Shown piece by piece: positions 8,357-17,425 of a DNA stretch of 32,000 nucleotides. The position numbers and the translations under genes were made by a program. How positions within the stretch are numbered: position 1 is the first letter of the stretch; every line of letters begins with the position of its first letter. The notes under the pieces were generated by a model. The model saw only the letters and a program-made list of their open reading frames with translations. It searched no databases and was not told the DNA's origin. Source of the DNA: Longivirga aurantiaca (lineage in GTDB: Bacteria; Actinomycetota; Actinomycetes; S36-B12; CAIYMF01); contig NZ_JBHSTI010000008.1 in the NCBI RefSeq assembly GCF_042660085.1, positions 1,959,876-1,991,875 of the forward strand. The letters are read 5' to 3'.

Positions 8357-9733
8357 GTGACCAACGGACGACCGGACGCCGGTGCGCTCGCCGCGCGCGG
8401 GCGACCTGCCGTGCGCGTCGCCTCCTTCGTGGTCGGCATCACCCTCGTGTGGGTCGGGGCGGCCACAGCCTCGGCCGGGAACCCGCTCGACCTCGCTGCC
8501 GTGCTCCTGGTGATGCTCGCCGCCGTCGTGGCCCTGGCGCTCGTGACCGGCCCCGTGCTGGCGGTGCTCGCCTCGCTCGCGGTGGTCGGGATCGTCAACT
8601 GGTACCTCGTGCCCCCGTACGGCACCTTCTCGGTCGCGAGCACCGAGAACCTCGTCGCGCTGGTCGTCTTCCCGTTCGTCGCCGCTGTGACGGCAGGCCT
8701 CGTCGAGCTCGCCGCCCGCGCCCGGTCGCGCGATGCGGCGTCGGCGTCGCGCGCCGAGCTCATGGGCGACGTCGCATCCGCCCCGGCCGCCTCGCTCGAC
8801 CGCGTGCGCCGCGCGCTCGACCTCGACGAGGTCCGTCTCGTCCGCGACGGCGAGGTGGTCGCGGCGAGCGGCGCGAGCGAGGGGGCCGGCGTCGTGCTCG
8901 ACGCGACCGGCCCCGACGGCTTCCGGCTCGTCGGCACCGGTGCTCCGCGCATGGCGGAGGATCCCGACTTCATCGCGTCGCTCACCGCCGCGGCCGTCCG
9001 GGCGCACGAGAGCGAGGAGCTCGATCGCGAGCGCGCACGCGCCGCCGGGCTCGCCGCTGTCGACGACGCGCGGTCGGCCCTGCTGGCCAGCGTCGGGCAC
9101 GACCTGCGCACGCCCCTGGCGGGGCTGCGCCTGGCCATCGACACGCTGCGCTCCCCCGACGTCGAGCTCGACGACGACGCGCGCACGGAGCTGCTCGGCA
9201 CGGTCGACGCGTCGACCACCCGCCTGGACGAGCTCATCTCCAACCTGCTCGACATGAGCCGGCTCGAGGCCGGAGGGCTGCCGGTGCGGCGCGAGGCCGT
9301 GGCGCTGTACGGCGTCGTCTCGTCCGCAGTCACCGGGCGCGCACCGGGCGCGGTGACGGTGCATGTGGACGAGGCGCTCCCCCTGGTCTCGACCGACCCG
9401 GTGCTGCTCGAGCGCGTGGTCGAGAACCTCGTCTCCAACGCGCTGCGGCACGGTCGCGCGGGGGCGGGCCGGCCGGTCGAGGTCCGCGCCGTCCCGCGCA
9501 CGTCCGCGGTGGTCGTCGACGTCGTCGACCACGGCCCCGGGCTCGGCGCGACGGCAGCCGCCGCGCCCGCCCTGTCGGCCTCGAGCAACGCCGACGGAAG
9601 CACCGGCCTCGGGCTCGAGATCGCGCGCCGCTTCTGCGTGGCGATGGATGCCGCGCTCGAGCTGCGCGAGACCGAGGGCGGCGGGCTCACCGCGCGCATC
9701 ACCCTGCCGCTTGCCCGGGGAGGCGCGCGATGA
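8357..9733 (+). CDS. Sensor histidine kinase, KdpD C-terminal-type (DUF4118 membrane module + HisKA + HATPase), lacking the N-terminal KdpD/Usp domains
   Basis: 458 aa. It has four N-terminal TM helices, including VNWYLVPPYGTFSVASTENLVALVVFPFVA (DUF4118-like), an H-box SVGHDLRTPLAGL, and N/G boxes (NLVSNALRH, DHGPGLG, GLGLEIAR). Confidence 0.85.
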   Translation: MTNGRPDAGALAARGRPAVRVASFVVGITLVWVGAATASAGNPLDLAAVLLVMLAAVVALALVTGPVLAVLASLAVVGIVNWYLVPPYGTFSVASTENLVALVVFPFVAAVTAGLVELAARARSRDAASASRAELMGDVASAPAASLDRVRRALDLDEVRLVRDGEVVAASGASEGAGVVLDATGPDGFRLVGTGAPRMAEDPDFIASLTAAAVRAHESEELDRERARAAGLAAVDDARSALLASVGHDLRTPLAGLRLAIDTLRSPDVELDDDARTELLGTVDASTTRLDELISNLLDMSRLEAGGLPVRREAVALYGVVSSAVTGRAPGAVTVHVDEALPLVSTDPVLLERVVENLVSNALRHGRAGAGRPVEVRAVPRTSAVVVDVVDHGPGLGATAAAAPALSASSNADGSTGLGLEIARRFCVAMDAALELRETEGGGLTARITLPLARGGAR

Positions 9734-10425
9734 CCGAGCTCCTCGTGGTCGAGGACGACGAGCAGCTGCGCAGGGCGCTCGTGCTCACGCTGCGCTCGCG
9801 CGGGCACAGCGTGACGGCGAGCGGGTCCGGCGTCGAGGCCGCGGCGCTGGCCACGAGCAGGCGGTTCGACGTCGTGATCCTCGACCTCGGCCTGCCCGAC
9901 CTCGACGGCATCGCGGTGATCGAGCAGGTGCGCGCCAGCAGCGGGGTGCCGATCGTGGTGCTCTCGGCACGACGCGACCAGGCCGACAAGGTCACCGCGC
10001 TCGACGCCGGGGCGGACGACTACCTCACCAAGCCGTTCGGCATGGAGGAGCTGCTCGCACGCATCCGCGCGGCCCAGCGCCGCGCCGGGCCGGTGACGAG
10101 CGCGGGCACCGTCACCACGCCGGACTTCGCGGTCGACCTCGGCCGGAAGTCCGTCCGCACCACGGACGGCACCGAGGTGCACCTGACGCCCACCGAGTGG
10201 GGCGTCCTCGAGGTGCTCGTGCGCGCCGACGGCCTGCTCGTGCCGGGAGCAGACCTGCTCGCGCAGGTGTGGGGGCCGGCGTACGGCAGCCAGACCAACT
10301 ACCTGCGGGTCTACCTGGCGCAGCTGCGCCGCAAGCTCGAGCCGGACCCGTCGCACCCGCGGTACCTCATCACCGCGGCCGGGCTGGGCTACCGCTTCGA
10401 CGTGACCGGCTCGGGGAGCGCCTGA
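9730..10425 (+). CDS. OmpR-family response regulator, KdpE-like
   Basis: 231 aa. Receiver (LLVVEDDEQL...DVVILDLGLPDLDG...LTKPFG) plus winged helix (LTPTEWGVLEVL...VWGP...YLRVYLAQLRRKLEPDPSHPRYLITAAGLGYRF). ATGA overlap with the kinase stop at 9730-9733. Confidence 0.9.
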   Translation: MTELLVVEDDEQLRRALVLTLRSRGHSVTASGSGVEAAALATSRRFDVVILDLGLPDLDGIAVIEQVRASSGVPIVVLSARRDQADKVTALDAGADDYLTKPFGMEELLARIRAAQRRAGPVTSAGTVTTPDFAVDLGRKSVRTTDGTEVHLTPTEWGVLEVLVRADGLLVPGADLLAQVWGPAYGSQTNYLRVYLAQLRRKLEPDPSHPRYLITAAGLGYRFDVTGSGSA

Positions 10426-10519
10426 TCCCGACCCCGCCGGACGTCGCCGGAACGGCTCTGGCAGGCTGTGCCCCGACGCGCGGCGACGGTGCCGCGGGCC
10501 CGTTCGGCGGGTCCCGCGT

Positions 10520-10550
10520 GTGGGCCCCCGGTCGGCCCGCGCCCACTTTT
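10520..10550 (+). terminator. Intrinsic terminator after the permease-kinase-regulator operon
   Basis: GTGGGC...GCCCAC stem with an internal GGGCC/GGCCC pairing, followed by TTTT (10547-10550). A T tract is rare in this GC-rich sequence. Confidence 0.5.
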
Positions 10551-10556
10551 CGCGGC

Positions 10557-10605
10557 TGTCACGCTCGGAAACAAGGTCGAAACAATCGGGACACCGACGG
10601 GAAAT
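10557..10605 (+). promoter_or_regulatory. GlnR-box-like array upstream of glnA
   Basis: tGTCAC (10557-10562), GAAAC (10568), GAAAC (10579), GACAC (10590) and GAAAT (10601). The last four starts are exactly 11 bp apart, matching the actinomycete GlnR consensus gTnAc-n6-GaAAc repeated. The array lies 106-154 bp upstream of the glnA ATG. Confidence 0.55.
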
Positions 10606-10710
10606 CCCGCCCCCGTAGGTTCCCCGTGAACGCTGAGGCGAGCCCGTCGCAGCTGCCAGTGATGCCCCCACAGTCCGTCGGCTCAGCCGGGGACCCCGCG
10701 AGGAGGATGG

Positions 10711-12135
10711 ATGTTCAAGAACGCGGAGGAAGTGCTCCGGTTCATCCAGGACGAGGACGTTGTCTTCGTCGACGTGCGCTTCTGCGACCTGCCCGGCGTG
10801 ATGCAGCACTTCAACGTTCCGGCGAAGTCGGTCGACGAGGCGCTGTTCACCGAAGGTCAGATGTTCGACGGTTCGTCGATCCGTGGCTTCCAGGCCATCC
10901 ACGAGTCGGACATGAAGATCGTGCCGGACGTGAAGACGGCGTTCCTCGACCCGTTCCGCAAGGAGAAGACGCTCGTCATCAACTTCTCCATCCAGGACCC
11001 GTTCACCGGTGAGCCCTACTCGCGCGACCCGCGCAACGTGGCTGCCAAGGCCGAGGCCTACCTCGCCACGACGGGCATCGCGGACACCGCGTTCTTCGCC
11101 CCCGAGGCCGAGTTCTACATCTTCGACGACGTCCGCTTCGAGACCAAGCAGAACGCCGGCTACTACTTCATCGACTCCGTCGAGGGCGCCTGGAACACCG
11201 GCCGCTCCGAGGAGGGCGGCAACCGCGGCTACAAGCCCCGCTACAAGGGCGGCTACTTCCCCGTCCCGCCGGTCGACCACTTCGCCGACCTCCGCGACGC
11301 GATGGTCCTCGGCCTCGAGCAGGTCGGCCTCTCGGTCGAGCGCGCTCACCACGAGGTGGGCACCGCCGGTCAGCAGGAGATCAACTACCGCTTCGACACG
11401 CTGCTCCAGGCCGCCGACGACGTCATGAAGTTCAAGTACGTCATCAAGAACGTCGCCTGGCACGCCGGCAAGACCGTGACCTTCATGCCGAAGCCGCTCT
11501 TCGGCGACAACGGCTCGGGCATGCACGTGCACCAGTCGCTCTGGAAGGACGGCGTCCCGCTGTTCTACGACGAGCTCGGGTACGGCGGCCTCTCGGACAT
11601 GGCCCGCTGGTACATCGGCGGCCTGCTCAAGCACGCGCCGTCGCTGCTCGCCTTCACCAACCCGACGGTGAACTCGTACCACCGTCTGGTGCCGGGCTAC
11701 GAGGCGCCGGTCAACCTGGTCTACAGCCAGCGCAACCGCTCCGCCTGCATCCGCATCCCGATCACCGGCTCGAACCCGAAGGCCAAGCGCATCGAGTTCC
11801 GCTGCCCCGACCCGTCGAGCAACCCGTACCTCGCGTTCGCGGCGATGCTCATGGCCGGCCTGGACGGCATCAAGAACAAGATCGAGCCGCCGCAGCCGGT
11901 CGACAAGGACCTCTACGAGCTCCCGCCGGACGAGGCCGCCGCGATCCCGCAGGTGCCCGCGTCGCTGACCGAGGTGCTCGACGCGCTCGAGGCCGACCAC
12001 GACTTCCTCCTCGAGGGCGGCGTCTTCACGCCCGACCTCATCGAGACGTGGATCGAGTTCAAGCGCACGATGGAGGTCGACCCCATCCGCCTCCGTCCGC
12101 ACCCGCACGAGTTCGAGCTCTACTACGACATCTGA
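10711..12135 (+). CDS. glnA: Glutamine synthetase type I
   Basis: 474 aa. The sequence is unmistakably GSI ([58 protein letters not shown], with the adenylylation-loop context). GAGGAGGA lies upstream of the ATG. Confidence 0.97.
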   Translation: MFKNAEEVLRFIQDEDVVFVDVRFCDLPGVMQHFNVPAKSVDEALFTEGQMFDGSSIRGFQAIHESDMKIVPDVKTAFLDPFRKEKTLVINFSIQDPFTGEPYSRDPRNVAAKAEAYLATTGIADTAFFAPEAEFYIFDDVRFETKQNAGYYFIDSVEGAWNTGRSEEGGNRGYKPRYKGGYFPVPPVDHFADLRDAMVLGLEQVGLSVERAHHEVGTAGQQEINYRFDTLLQAADDVMKFKYVIKNVAWHAGKTVTFMPKPLFGDNGSGMHVHQSLWKDGVPLFYDELGYGGLSDMARWYIGGLLKHAPSLLAFTNPTVNSYHRLVPGYEAPVNLVYSQRNRSACIRIPITGSNPKAKRIEFRCPDPSSNPYLAFAAMLMAGLDGIKNKIEPPQPVDKDLYELPPDEAAAIPQVPASLTEVLDALEADHDFLLEGGVFTPDLIETWIEFKRTMEVDPIRLRPHPHEFELYYDI

Positions 12136-12156
12136 GCCGTACCCACCCGGACACCC

Positions 12157-12187
12157 GGAAGGCCCGCTCCCCGGGGGCGGGCCTTCC
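12157..12187. terminator. Bidirectional GC-rich terminator hairpin between convergent glnA and the small membrane-protein gene (repeat copy A)
   Basis: GGAAGGCCCGC (12157-12167) pairs with GCGGGCCTTCC (12177-12187). The similarity to copy B extends to 12194. Confidence 0.6.
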
Positions 12188-12211
12188 GCCGTCCGGGGGC
12201 GGCGCACCCGG

Positions 12212-12535
12212 TCAGAACACCGGCCCGTGCTTCAGGTGGGCGTCAGGCTGGTCCTGGTACTCCGCGGGCAGAGCCGGCCCTTGCGGCGTGGAGATCGCGG
12301 CAGGTTCGATCCGCGTCTCGAACGGACGCACGAAGCCGCCGGCGACCTTGTCCGTGGTGTCGATACGCACGACCTCGTGCGTGCCCGCGGTGGTCGGCCC
12401 CGCGAGCATCGGCGCGTTCGCGACGGCGACCGCGAGCCCGGCGACAGCGACGGCGAGAGCGAGCAGCGCCATCCAGAGCGCCGCCTTCGCGAGCGTGCCG
12501 TGCTGGATGGACGGCGTGTGCAGCGTGGTGCTCAT
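12212..12535 (-). CDS. Small N-terminally membrane-anchored protein of unknown function
   Basis: 107 aa from the ATG at 12535 (GAGGGGG 5 nt upstream). One TM helix (AALWMALLALAVAVAGLAVAVA). Very high GC3. It lies 95 bp downstream of, and co-directional with, the LAL regulator gene. Confidence 0.65.
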   Translation of the reverse strand: MSTTLHTPSIQHGTLAKAALWMALLALAVAVAGLAVAVANAPMLAGPTTAGTHEVVRIDTTDKVAGGFVRPFETRIEPAAISTPQGPALPAEYQDQPDAHLKHGPVF

Positions 12536-12629
12536 GACGACCCCCTCGATGGGTTCCTGTCCTCCTGCAGCTGCCACGCTGCTCAGGACGACGAACCGGG
12601 AAATCGGGGGAACCCCTAACCTTCCGCCC

Positions 12630-15392
12630 TCACAGCGGCCCACCGGCAGGCGCCGATGCCATCATCCGCACGAGCTCGCTGCGCCCCCGGACGCCGAGCT
12701 TGCGGTACACGTGCGTGAGGTGGACCTCGACCGTGCGCGGCGAGAGGAACAGCCTGCGCGCGACGTCGTCGTTCGTGATGCCCTCGGCGACGGCCTCGGC
12801 CACCCGGCGTTCCTGGGCCGTGAGGCTCCCCGACACGTCGTAGCGGTCGCGCCGTGCGACACCGGCCCCGACGGCCGCGAGCTCGTCCGCGCAGGTCTGC
12901 GCCCACGTGGCGCAGCCGAGGTCGAGGAAGACGGACCGTGCCCGTTGCAGCCTGGCTGCTGCCTCGCCCCGCCGACGACGTCGGCGCAGCCACCGTGCGT
13001 GCCGGAGGCGCGTCATCGCCAGCTCGAAGACATGCACGCCGCCACCGATGCGCTCCTCCGCCCGGCAGAACAGCTCGTGCGCCTGCGGGTCCGGGGCCAG
13101 GGCAGCACATGCGCGGTCGATGAACCCCTCGCCGAGCAAGCTCGTCGTCGGCTGAAGGAGCGCGATCAGGCGGTCCCGCTCCCCCGCAGCCGCCTCGACC
13201 TCACCTCCATCCGCGAGCAGCTCTACGAGCGTGACCAGGTGGTCGGCGTACACCGTGTGCGGGACGAGGCGGACCATCGAGTCGAGACGCTCCGAGGCCA
13301 GCAGCTCGCGCGCCTCCTCCGGCCGGCCGAGGCTGAGCGCGAGCATCGCCCGCTCCCCGGGGAGGGCGCCCGTCCAGAAGTCCATGCCGGCCTCGCCCAT
13401 GACCTTCTCGGCGCGCTCGAGCGTCGGAGCGAACAGCCGCTCATCCGCCCTTCTGCTGCACAGCTGGAGCCTCATGGCATCGGAGTAGAGGTCCGCCCGG
13501 CCGAGCGCCAGCGACAGCTCGACGGTCTCGTCGATCTCACTCTCCAGCTCGTCCCAGCGCCCCTCCCAGAACGACACCAGAAGGTCGATCCCGATCCCGT
13601 CCAGCCGCCGGCGCGGGTCGCCTGAAGCGACCAGGGCCGACACGACCTCGCGCAGCACCGGACCGCTCACCTCGAGGCCGACGTCGAGGCCGGCGTTCAC
13701 CACCGACTCCGTCGCCCAACCTGTCGCAGTCGCCTCATGCACCGTGATCGTCGCGAACGCGCTCTGCAGGTGCGGCCTCGTGTCGAGGTCGCCCACCTCG
13801 TGGTCGTACGCGTGCGCCACCAGGAGGCGGTCGATCGGCGCGAGCTCGGCGAGGGGGCCGAGCTCCGCCGCCAGCACAGGGATCTCCACCTGGCGCTCCG
13901 AGGTGATGTCCTGCGCGAAGATCAGGTCACGCACCGCCTCACGCCGCTCGTCGCCATCCAGGAGGTCGAGCGACTCCCGGAGCAGACGGCAGCCGAGCGG
14001 GGCATCCGACACCCGGGCGGTGGCTAGCCCGGCGATGCGCAGGAGACGACCCCGTGTCGTAGGCGCGGGCTCGCGCGACAGCCCGACGAACGCGATCCTC
14101 GCAGCCGCGCCGTCGTCGAAGTCGTCGAGCGCCATCGAGGAAGCCCTGCACAGCATCTGCGCCGCGACCTCCGCGTCCGCCTCAGTCGCGGCAGCCAGCT
14201 CCAGCACGTCGGCGGCGGATCGCTTGGCCCCGAGTCGTTCGAGGGCTGCGGCGTCCTCGCAGAGCGACCGTGTGAGTTCGGCATCCGGTGCGAGCGCGGC
14301 GGCTGCCCGGTGGCAGGCGCGCCGGTGCACCCGCCGTGCGGTGGGCGCCAGGACCGAGACGGCGGCGAGCGCGGCGGCGTGCGCATCGCGCACCTCGTAG
14401 GGGGATGCCTGGGCGAGGACCGCGACACGTGCCAACGGGTGCCCGAACCGTGGCCGAGAGCCACGGACCACCACGAGCCCCGCGCGCTCCGCAGGCTCCA
14501 GGTCGGCGCGCGAGCTGCCGGATTCGGCCAGCGCGGCATCGACAGGGTCCTCCTCGCCCGTCACCGCGAGGACGACCAGTGCCCGACGGGTGGCGTACGG
14601 CAGCAGCTGGACATCGGCGGCCCAGCGCTCCACGACACCTGATCCCACCCGGAGGTCGTCCGGAAGCCGTGTGCGGCCGGCCCGCTCATCGGCGTCGAGC
14701 CGGACCACCGCCTCCAGCACCGCCAGGGTGTTGCCCTCCACCGCGCGCCATACCGCCTGCGCGACGTCGTCCGCCGTGCCGCTCGCGACCGTGCGGGCGA
14801 GCTCGCCGGCTTGCGTCAGCGGCACCGGGCCGACGTCAAGCCGTGGCAGGCTCGCGATCCCTCGGTCGTCCATGAGCTCGGTCCTTCCCGCACCGATGAT
14901 GGCCACGGGGTCGCATGCGAGCCGCCGGGCGGCGAACACCAGCGCCACCTTCGACGGCGCGTCCCACCAGTGCAAGTCGTCCGCGACGAGCAGCGTCGTG
15001 CCGTCGAGACGGGACAGGACCTCCAGGAGCGCGGTCGGGTCGGGACTCCCTGTCCGGGTCAGCGGCTCCACGGCCTCCGGGGGTGACCCTGCGTCCGCGA
15101 GCCTGGTCGCGAGCACCGCGAGCGCGGCACCCGGGATCCCCTTCTCCGCAGGAACACCGACGACCTCGACCGTACGGATGCCGCGGGCGCGCGCCGTTCC
15201 CGCCAACTCGTCGAGGAGAGCGCTCTTGCCCACGCCCGCCTCGCCTACCACGACGACGGCACCGGCACGGCCTGCGACGGCGGCATCGACCAGGCCGGTC
15301 AGCGCCAGGAGCTCCTCGGCCCTCCCCACGACCACACCCGATCCTCGCGCACCCGGGCCGGGCGTTGCGCGACGGCCGGCGATGCACCGCAT
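12630..15392 (-). CDS. LAL-type (large ATP-binding) LuxR-family transcriptional regulator
   Basis: 920 aa. N-terminal Walker A GEAGVGKSALL and Walker B-like LLVADDLHWWD, a long helical repeat middle region, and a C-terminal LuxR HTH (LTAQERRVAEAVAEGITNDDVARRLFLSPRTVEVHLTHVYRKLGV). The exact start is uncertain (ATG 15392 or an internal GTG). Confidence 0.85.
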   Translation of the reverse strand: MRCIAGRRATPGPGARGSGVVVGRAEELLALTGLVDAAVAGRAGAVVVVGEAGVGKSALLDELAGTARARGIRTVEVVGVPAEKGIPGAALAVLATRLADAGSPPEAVEPLTRTGSPDPTALLEVLSRLDGTTLLVADDLHWWDAPSKVALVFAARRLACDPVAIIGAGRTELMDDRGIASLPRLDVGPVPLTQAGELARTVASGTADDVAQAVWRAVEGNTLAVLEAVVRLDADERAGRTRLPDDLRVGSGVVERWAADVQLLPYATRRALVVLAVTGEEDPVDAALAESGSSRADLEPAERAGLVVVRGSRPRFGHPLARVAVLAQASPYEVRDAHAAALAAVSVLAPTARRVHRRACHRAAAALAPDAELTRSLCEDAAALERLGAKRSAADVLELAAATEADAEVAAQMLCRASSMALDDFDDGAAARIAFVGLSREPAPTTRGRLLRIAGLATARVSDAPLGCRLLRESLDLLDGDERREAVRDLIFAQDITSERQVEIPVLAAELGPLAELAPIDRLLVAHAYDHEVGDLDTRPHLQSAFATITVHEATATGWATESVVNAGLDVGLEVSGPVLREVVSALVASGDPRRRLDGIGIDLLVSFWEGRWDELESEIDETVELSLALGRADLYSDAMRLQLCSRRADERLFAPTLERAEKVMGEAGMDFWTGALPGERAMLALSLGRPEEARELLASERLDSMVRLVPHTVYADHLVTLVELLADGGEVEAAAGERDRLIALLQPTTSLLGEGFIDRACAALAPDPQAHELFCRAEERIGGGVHVFELAMTRLRHARWLRRRRRRGEAAARLQRARSVFLDLGCATWAQTCADELAAVGAGVARRDRYDVSGSLTAQERRVAEAVAEGITNDDVARRLFLSPRTVEVHLTHVYRKLGVRGRSELVRMMASAPAGGPL

Positions 15393-15510
15393 GCCTGCGC
15401 CCGCTCACGCACTCGGCCGACCACGACTCCCTCCTCGCGAGCGGCGCCCTCACGCGGCCGCGCCCACGCCAGGCATATGGGCCGTACTCACGGGGCCACC
15501 GCGTTCATCA

Positions 15511-15545
15511 GGAAGGTCCGCTCCCCGCGTGGGGGCGGGCCTTCC
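15511..15545. terminator. Terminator hairpin downstream of the ArsB/NhaD permease gene (repeat copy B, near-identical to 12157-12194)
   Basis: GGAAGGTCCGC (15511-15521) pairs with GCGGGCCTTCC (15535-15545). It lies 19 nt beyond the minus-strand stop at 15564. The similarity to copy A extends to 15553. Confidence 0.55.
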
Positions 15546-15563
15546 GCCGTTCCTGGCCTACGG

Positions 15564-16853
15564 TCAGGCGTAGCGAAGGAGCAGGTACGGCACGCAGATG
15601 GCGATCGACATCGCGGCCGTGGGCACGCCGTACTTCAGCCACTGCACGAACGAGATGTGCAGGCCGTTGCGCGCCGCGATGCCCACGATGACGACGTTGG
15701 CACTCGCGCCGACGAGGGTCGCGTTGCCGCCGAGGTCCGCCCCGAGGGCCAGTGCCCACCACAGAGCGCCGTCCTGGCCGAGCGCAGGGTACGTCGTCAC
15801 CAGGGACTCCACGACAGGCGACATCGCGGCCACGTACGGGATGTTGTCCACGACGGCGGAGATCACCGCCGACGCAACGAGCATCAGGGTGAGCGTCGGC
15901 CCCACCTCACCGCCGGTGGTACGGGCCACGACGTCGGCCAGCGCCTCCAGTGCGCCCACGTGCACGAGCGCGCCCACGAGGACGAAGAGCCCCATGAAGA
16001 ACAGGAGCGTCTCCCACTCCACGTCGGCCACGAGGTCCTGCGGCCGCAGCGGCGACAGCAGGATCAGCACTCCGGCCCCCACGATCGCGACCACGGACGG
16101 GGCGACGCCCGTCTGCCGCTGCAGCAGGAACCCGACCAGGATCAGCGCGAGCACCACGCCGCTGCGCCGCAGGAGGCGGTGGTCGGTGATGGCCTCGCGC
16201 TCGTCGAGCGCCATCAGGGCATCGGCTCTCGTCGGGTCACCCACGAGCGCCGACCGGAAGAGGAATCTCGCCAGCAGCAGGAAGGCGCCGAGGATCACGA
16301 GCACGATCGGTGCCAGGTGCACGAGGAAGTCGGCGAAGGTGAGCCCGGCCCGGCTGGCGATGATGATGTTGGGCGGGTCACCTACCAGGGTCGCGGTGCC
16401 ACCGATGTTCGAGGCGAGCGCCTCCGCGATGAGGAACGGCACCGGGTTGAGGCCGAGGCGGTCGCAGACGAGGAGCGTCACGGGCGCCACGAGCAGCACG
16501 GTGGTGACGTTGTCCAGGAGCGCCGAGGCGCCGGCGGTCACGAGCACCAGCAGCACGAGCACGCGGTAGGGCCGCCCGCGGGCGAGCTTCGCCGACCGGA
16601 TGGCGAGGAACTCGAACACCCCCGTCCGCCGGATCACGCCCACCACGAGCATCATCCCGAGCAGCAGGAAGATGACGTCCCAGTCGATGCCGGTCTCGCG
16701 CGAGTAGAAGGCCTCCTCGGACCGGACGACCCCGAAGCCGAGCACGAGCGCGGCTCCCCCGAGCGCCGCCGCCACCCGGTGGATCCGCTCGGTCGCGATG
16801 AGGATGTAGACGCCGACGAAGAGGCCGACGGCCGCCCAGGCGATCGGGGTCAT
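15564..16853 (-). CDS. ArsB/NhaD-superfamily (CitMHS/SLC13-like) anion permease
   Basis: 429 aa, polytopic. Family-typical segments include IDWDVIFLLLGMMLVVG, SALLDNVTTVLLVAPV, ASNIGGTATLVGDPPNIII and GGNATLVGASANVV. Confidence 0.85.
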   Translation of the reverse strand: MTPIAWAAVGLFVGVYILIATERIHRVAAALGGAALVLGFGVVRSEEAFYSRETGIDWDVIFLLLGMMLVVGVIRRTGVFEFLAIRSAKLARGRPYRVLVLLVLVTAGASALLDNVTTVLLVAPVTLLVCDRLGLNPVPFLIAEALASNIGGTATLVGDPPNIIIASRAGLTFADFLVHLAPIVLVILGAFLLLARFLFRSALVGDPTRADALMALDEREAITDHRLLRRSGVVLALILVGFLLQRQTGVAPSVVAIVGAGVLILLSPLRPQDLVADVEWETLLFFMGLFVLVGALVHVGALEALADVVARTTGGEVGPTLTLMLVASAVISAVVDNIPYVAAMSPVVESLVTTYPALGQDGALWWALALGADLGGNATLVGASANVVIVGIAARNGLHISFVQWLKYGVPTAAMSIAICVPYLLLRYA

Positions 16854-17314
16854 GCGATGAGTCGATCGACCAGGCCGTTGACGGTCACGACGCCGAGGAA
16901 CCGTCCGGCGTCCACGACGGCGACGAGCGGCACATGGGCGGCGGACATCACCGCGGCGATCTCCACCACGGTGGCATCGCCGTCCACCGCGGTGTCAGGG
17001 GCGCGCTCGGGCCGGTCGAGCGCTCGCACGAGGTCGGCCACGGTCAGCGTGCCGAGAGTTGCCGAGAGGGCGTCAGCCGACGACTCGTCCCAGACACGTG
17101 CGAGCGAGGGGTCGTCGCGCACGTAGGTCGGCAGCGCGACCCGGAGCACCTGCGACGCCGGGATCACGAGGAAGCGACCGCCCGCGTCCACCACCAGGCC
17201 GGGAAGCCCGGCGGAAACGAGGGCGCGCAGCGCGTCGGTCAACGGCTGGCCGGTAGCGACCACCGGTGCCGGTACGACGATGTCTCGGGCTCGCACGCCG
17301 CGAGTCTGCCGCAC
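16850..17314 (-). CDS. CBS domain pair protein
   Basis: 154 aa with two CBS-like units (...LPGLVVDAGGRFLVIPASQVL... and ...HVPLVAVVDAGRFLGVVTVNGLV). ATGA overlap with the permease start, implying translational coupling. Confidence 0.75.
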   Translation of the reverse strand: MRQTRGVRARDIVVPAPVVATGQPLTDALRALVSAGLPGLVVDAGGRFLVIPASQVLRVALPTYVRDDPSLARVWDESSADALSATLGTLTVADLVRALDRPERAPDTAVDGDATVVEIAAVMSAAHVPLVAVVDAGRFLGVVTVNGLVDRLIA

Positions 17315-17425
17315 ACCGCCCTCAAGCGTGGCAGCTCGTCGGAGACGGGACTCGGGGCGTCATGGACGCCGCAGCCGGGGCGTGGTTGAGTCGCGTGCCG
17401 ACCGCGAGCCCGAGGAGGTGCCGGC

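Noticed and set aside
7918-12207. A 1429-aa minus-strand ORF spanning the kinase, regulator and glnA region. Similar long ORFs occur at 26-1141(-), 1138-2205(-), 5790-7007(+), 15477-17126(+), 18267-19976(-) and 21825-23063(-).
   Set aside because: These are antisense or off-frame shadows typical of >70% GC DNA. They have Arg/Gly/Ala/Pro/Asp-rich low-complexity translations with no recognisable domains. Each overlaps a confidently identified gene on the other strand or frame that has much higher GC3.
12157-15553. The repeat-flanked LAL module as a classical mobile element.
   Set aside because: There is no transposase, integrase or recombinase, no terminal inverted repeats and no tRNA attachment site. 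The repeats are functional-looking terminators. I kept it as a finding about terminator duplication, not as a mobile_element feature.
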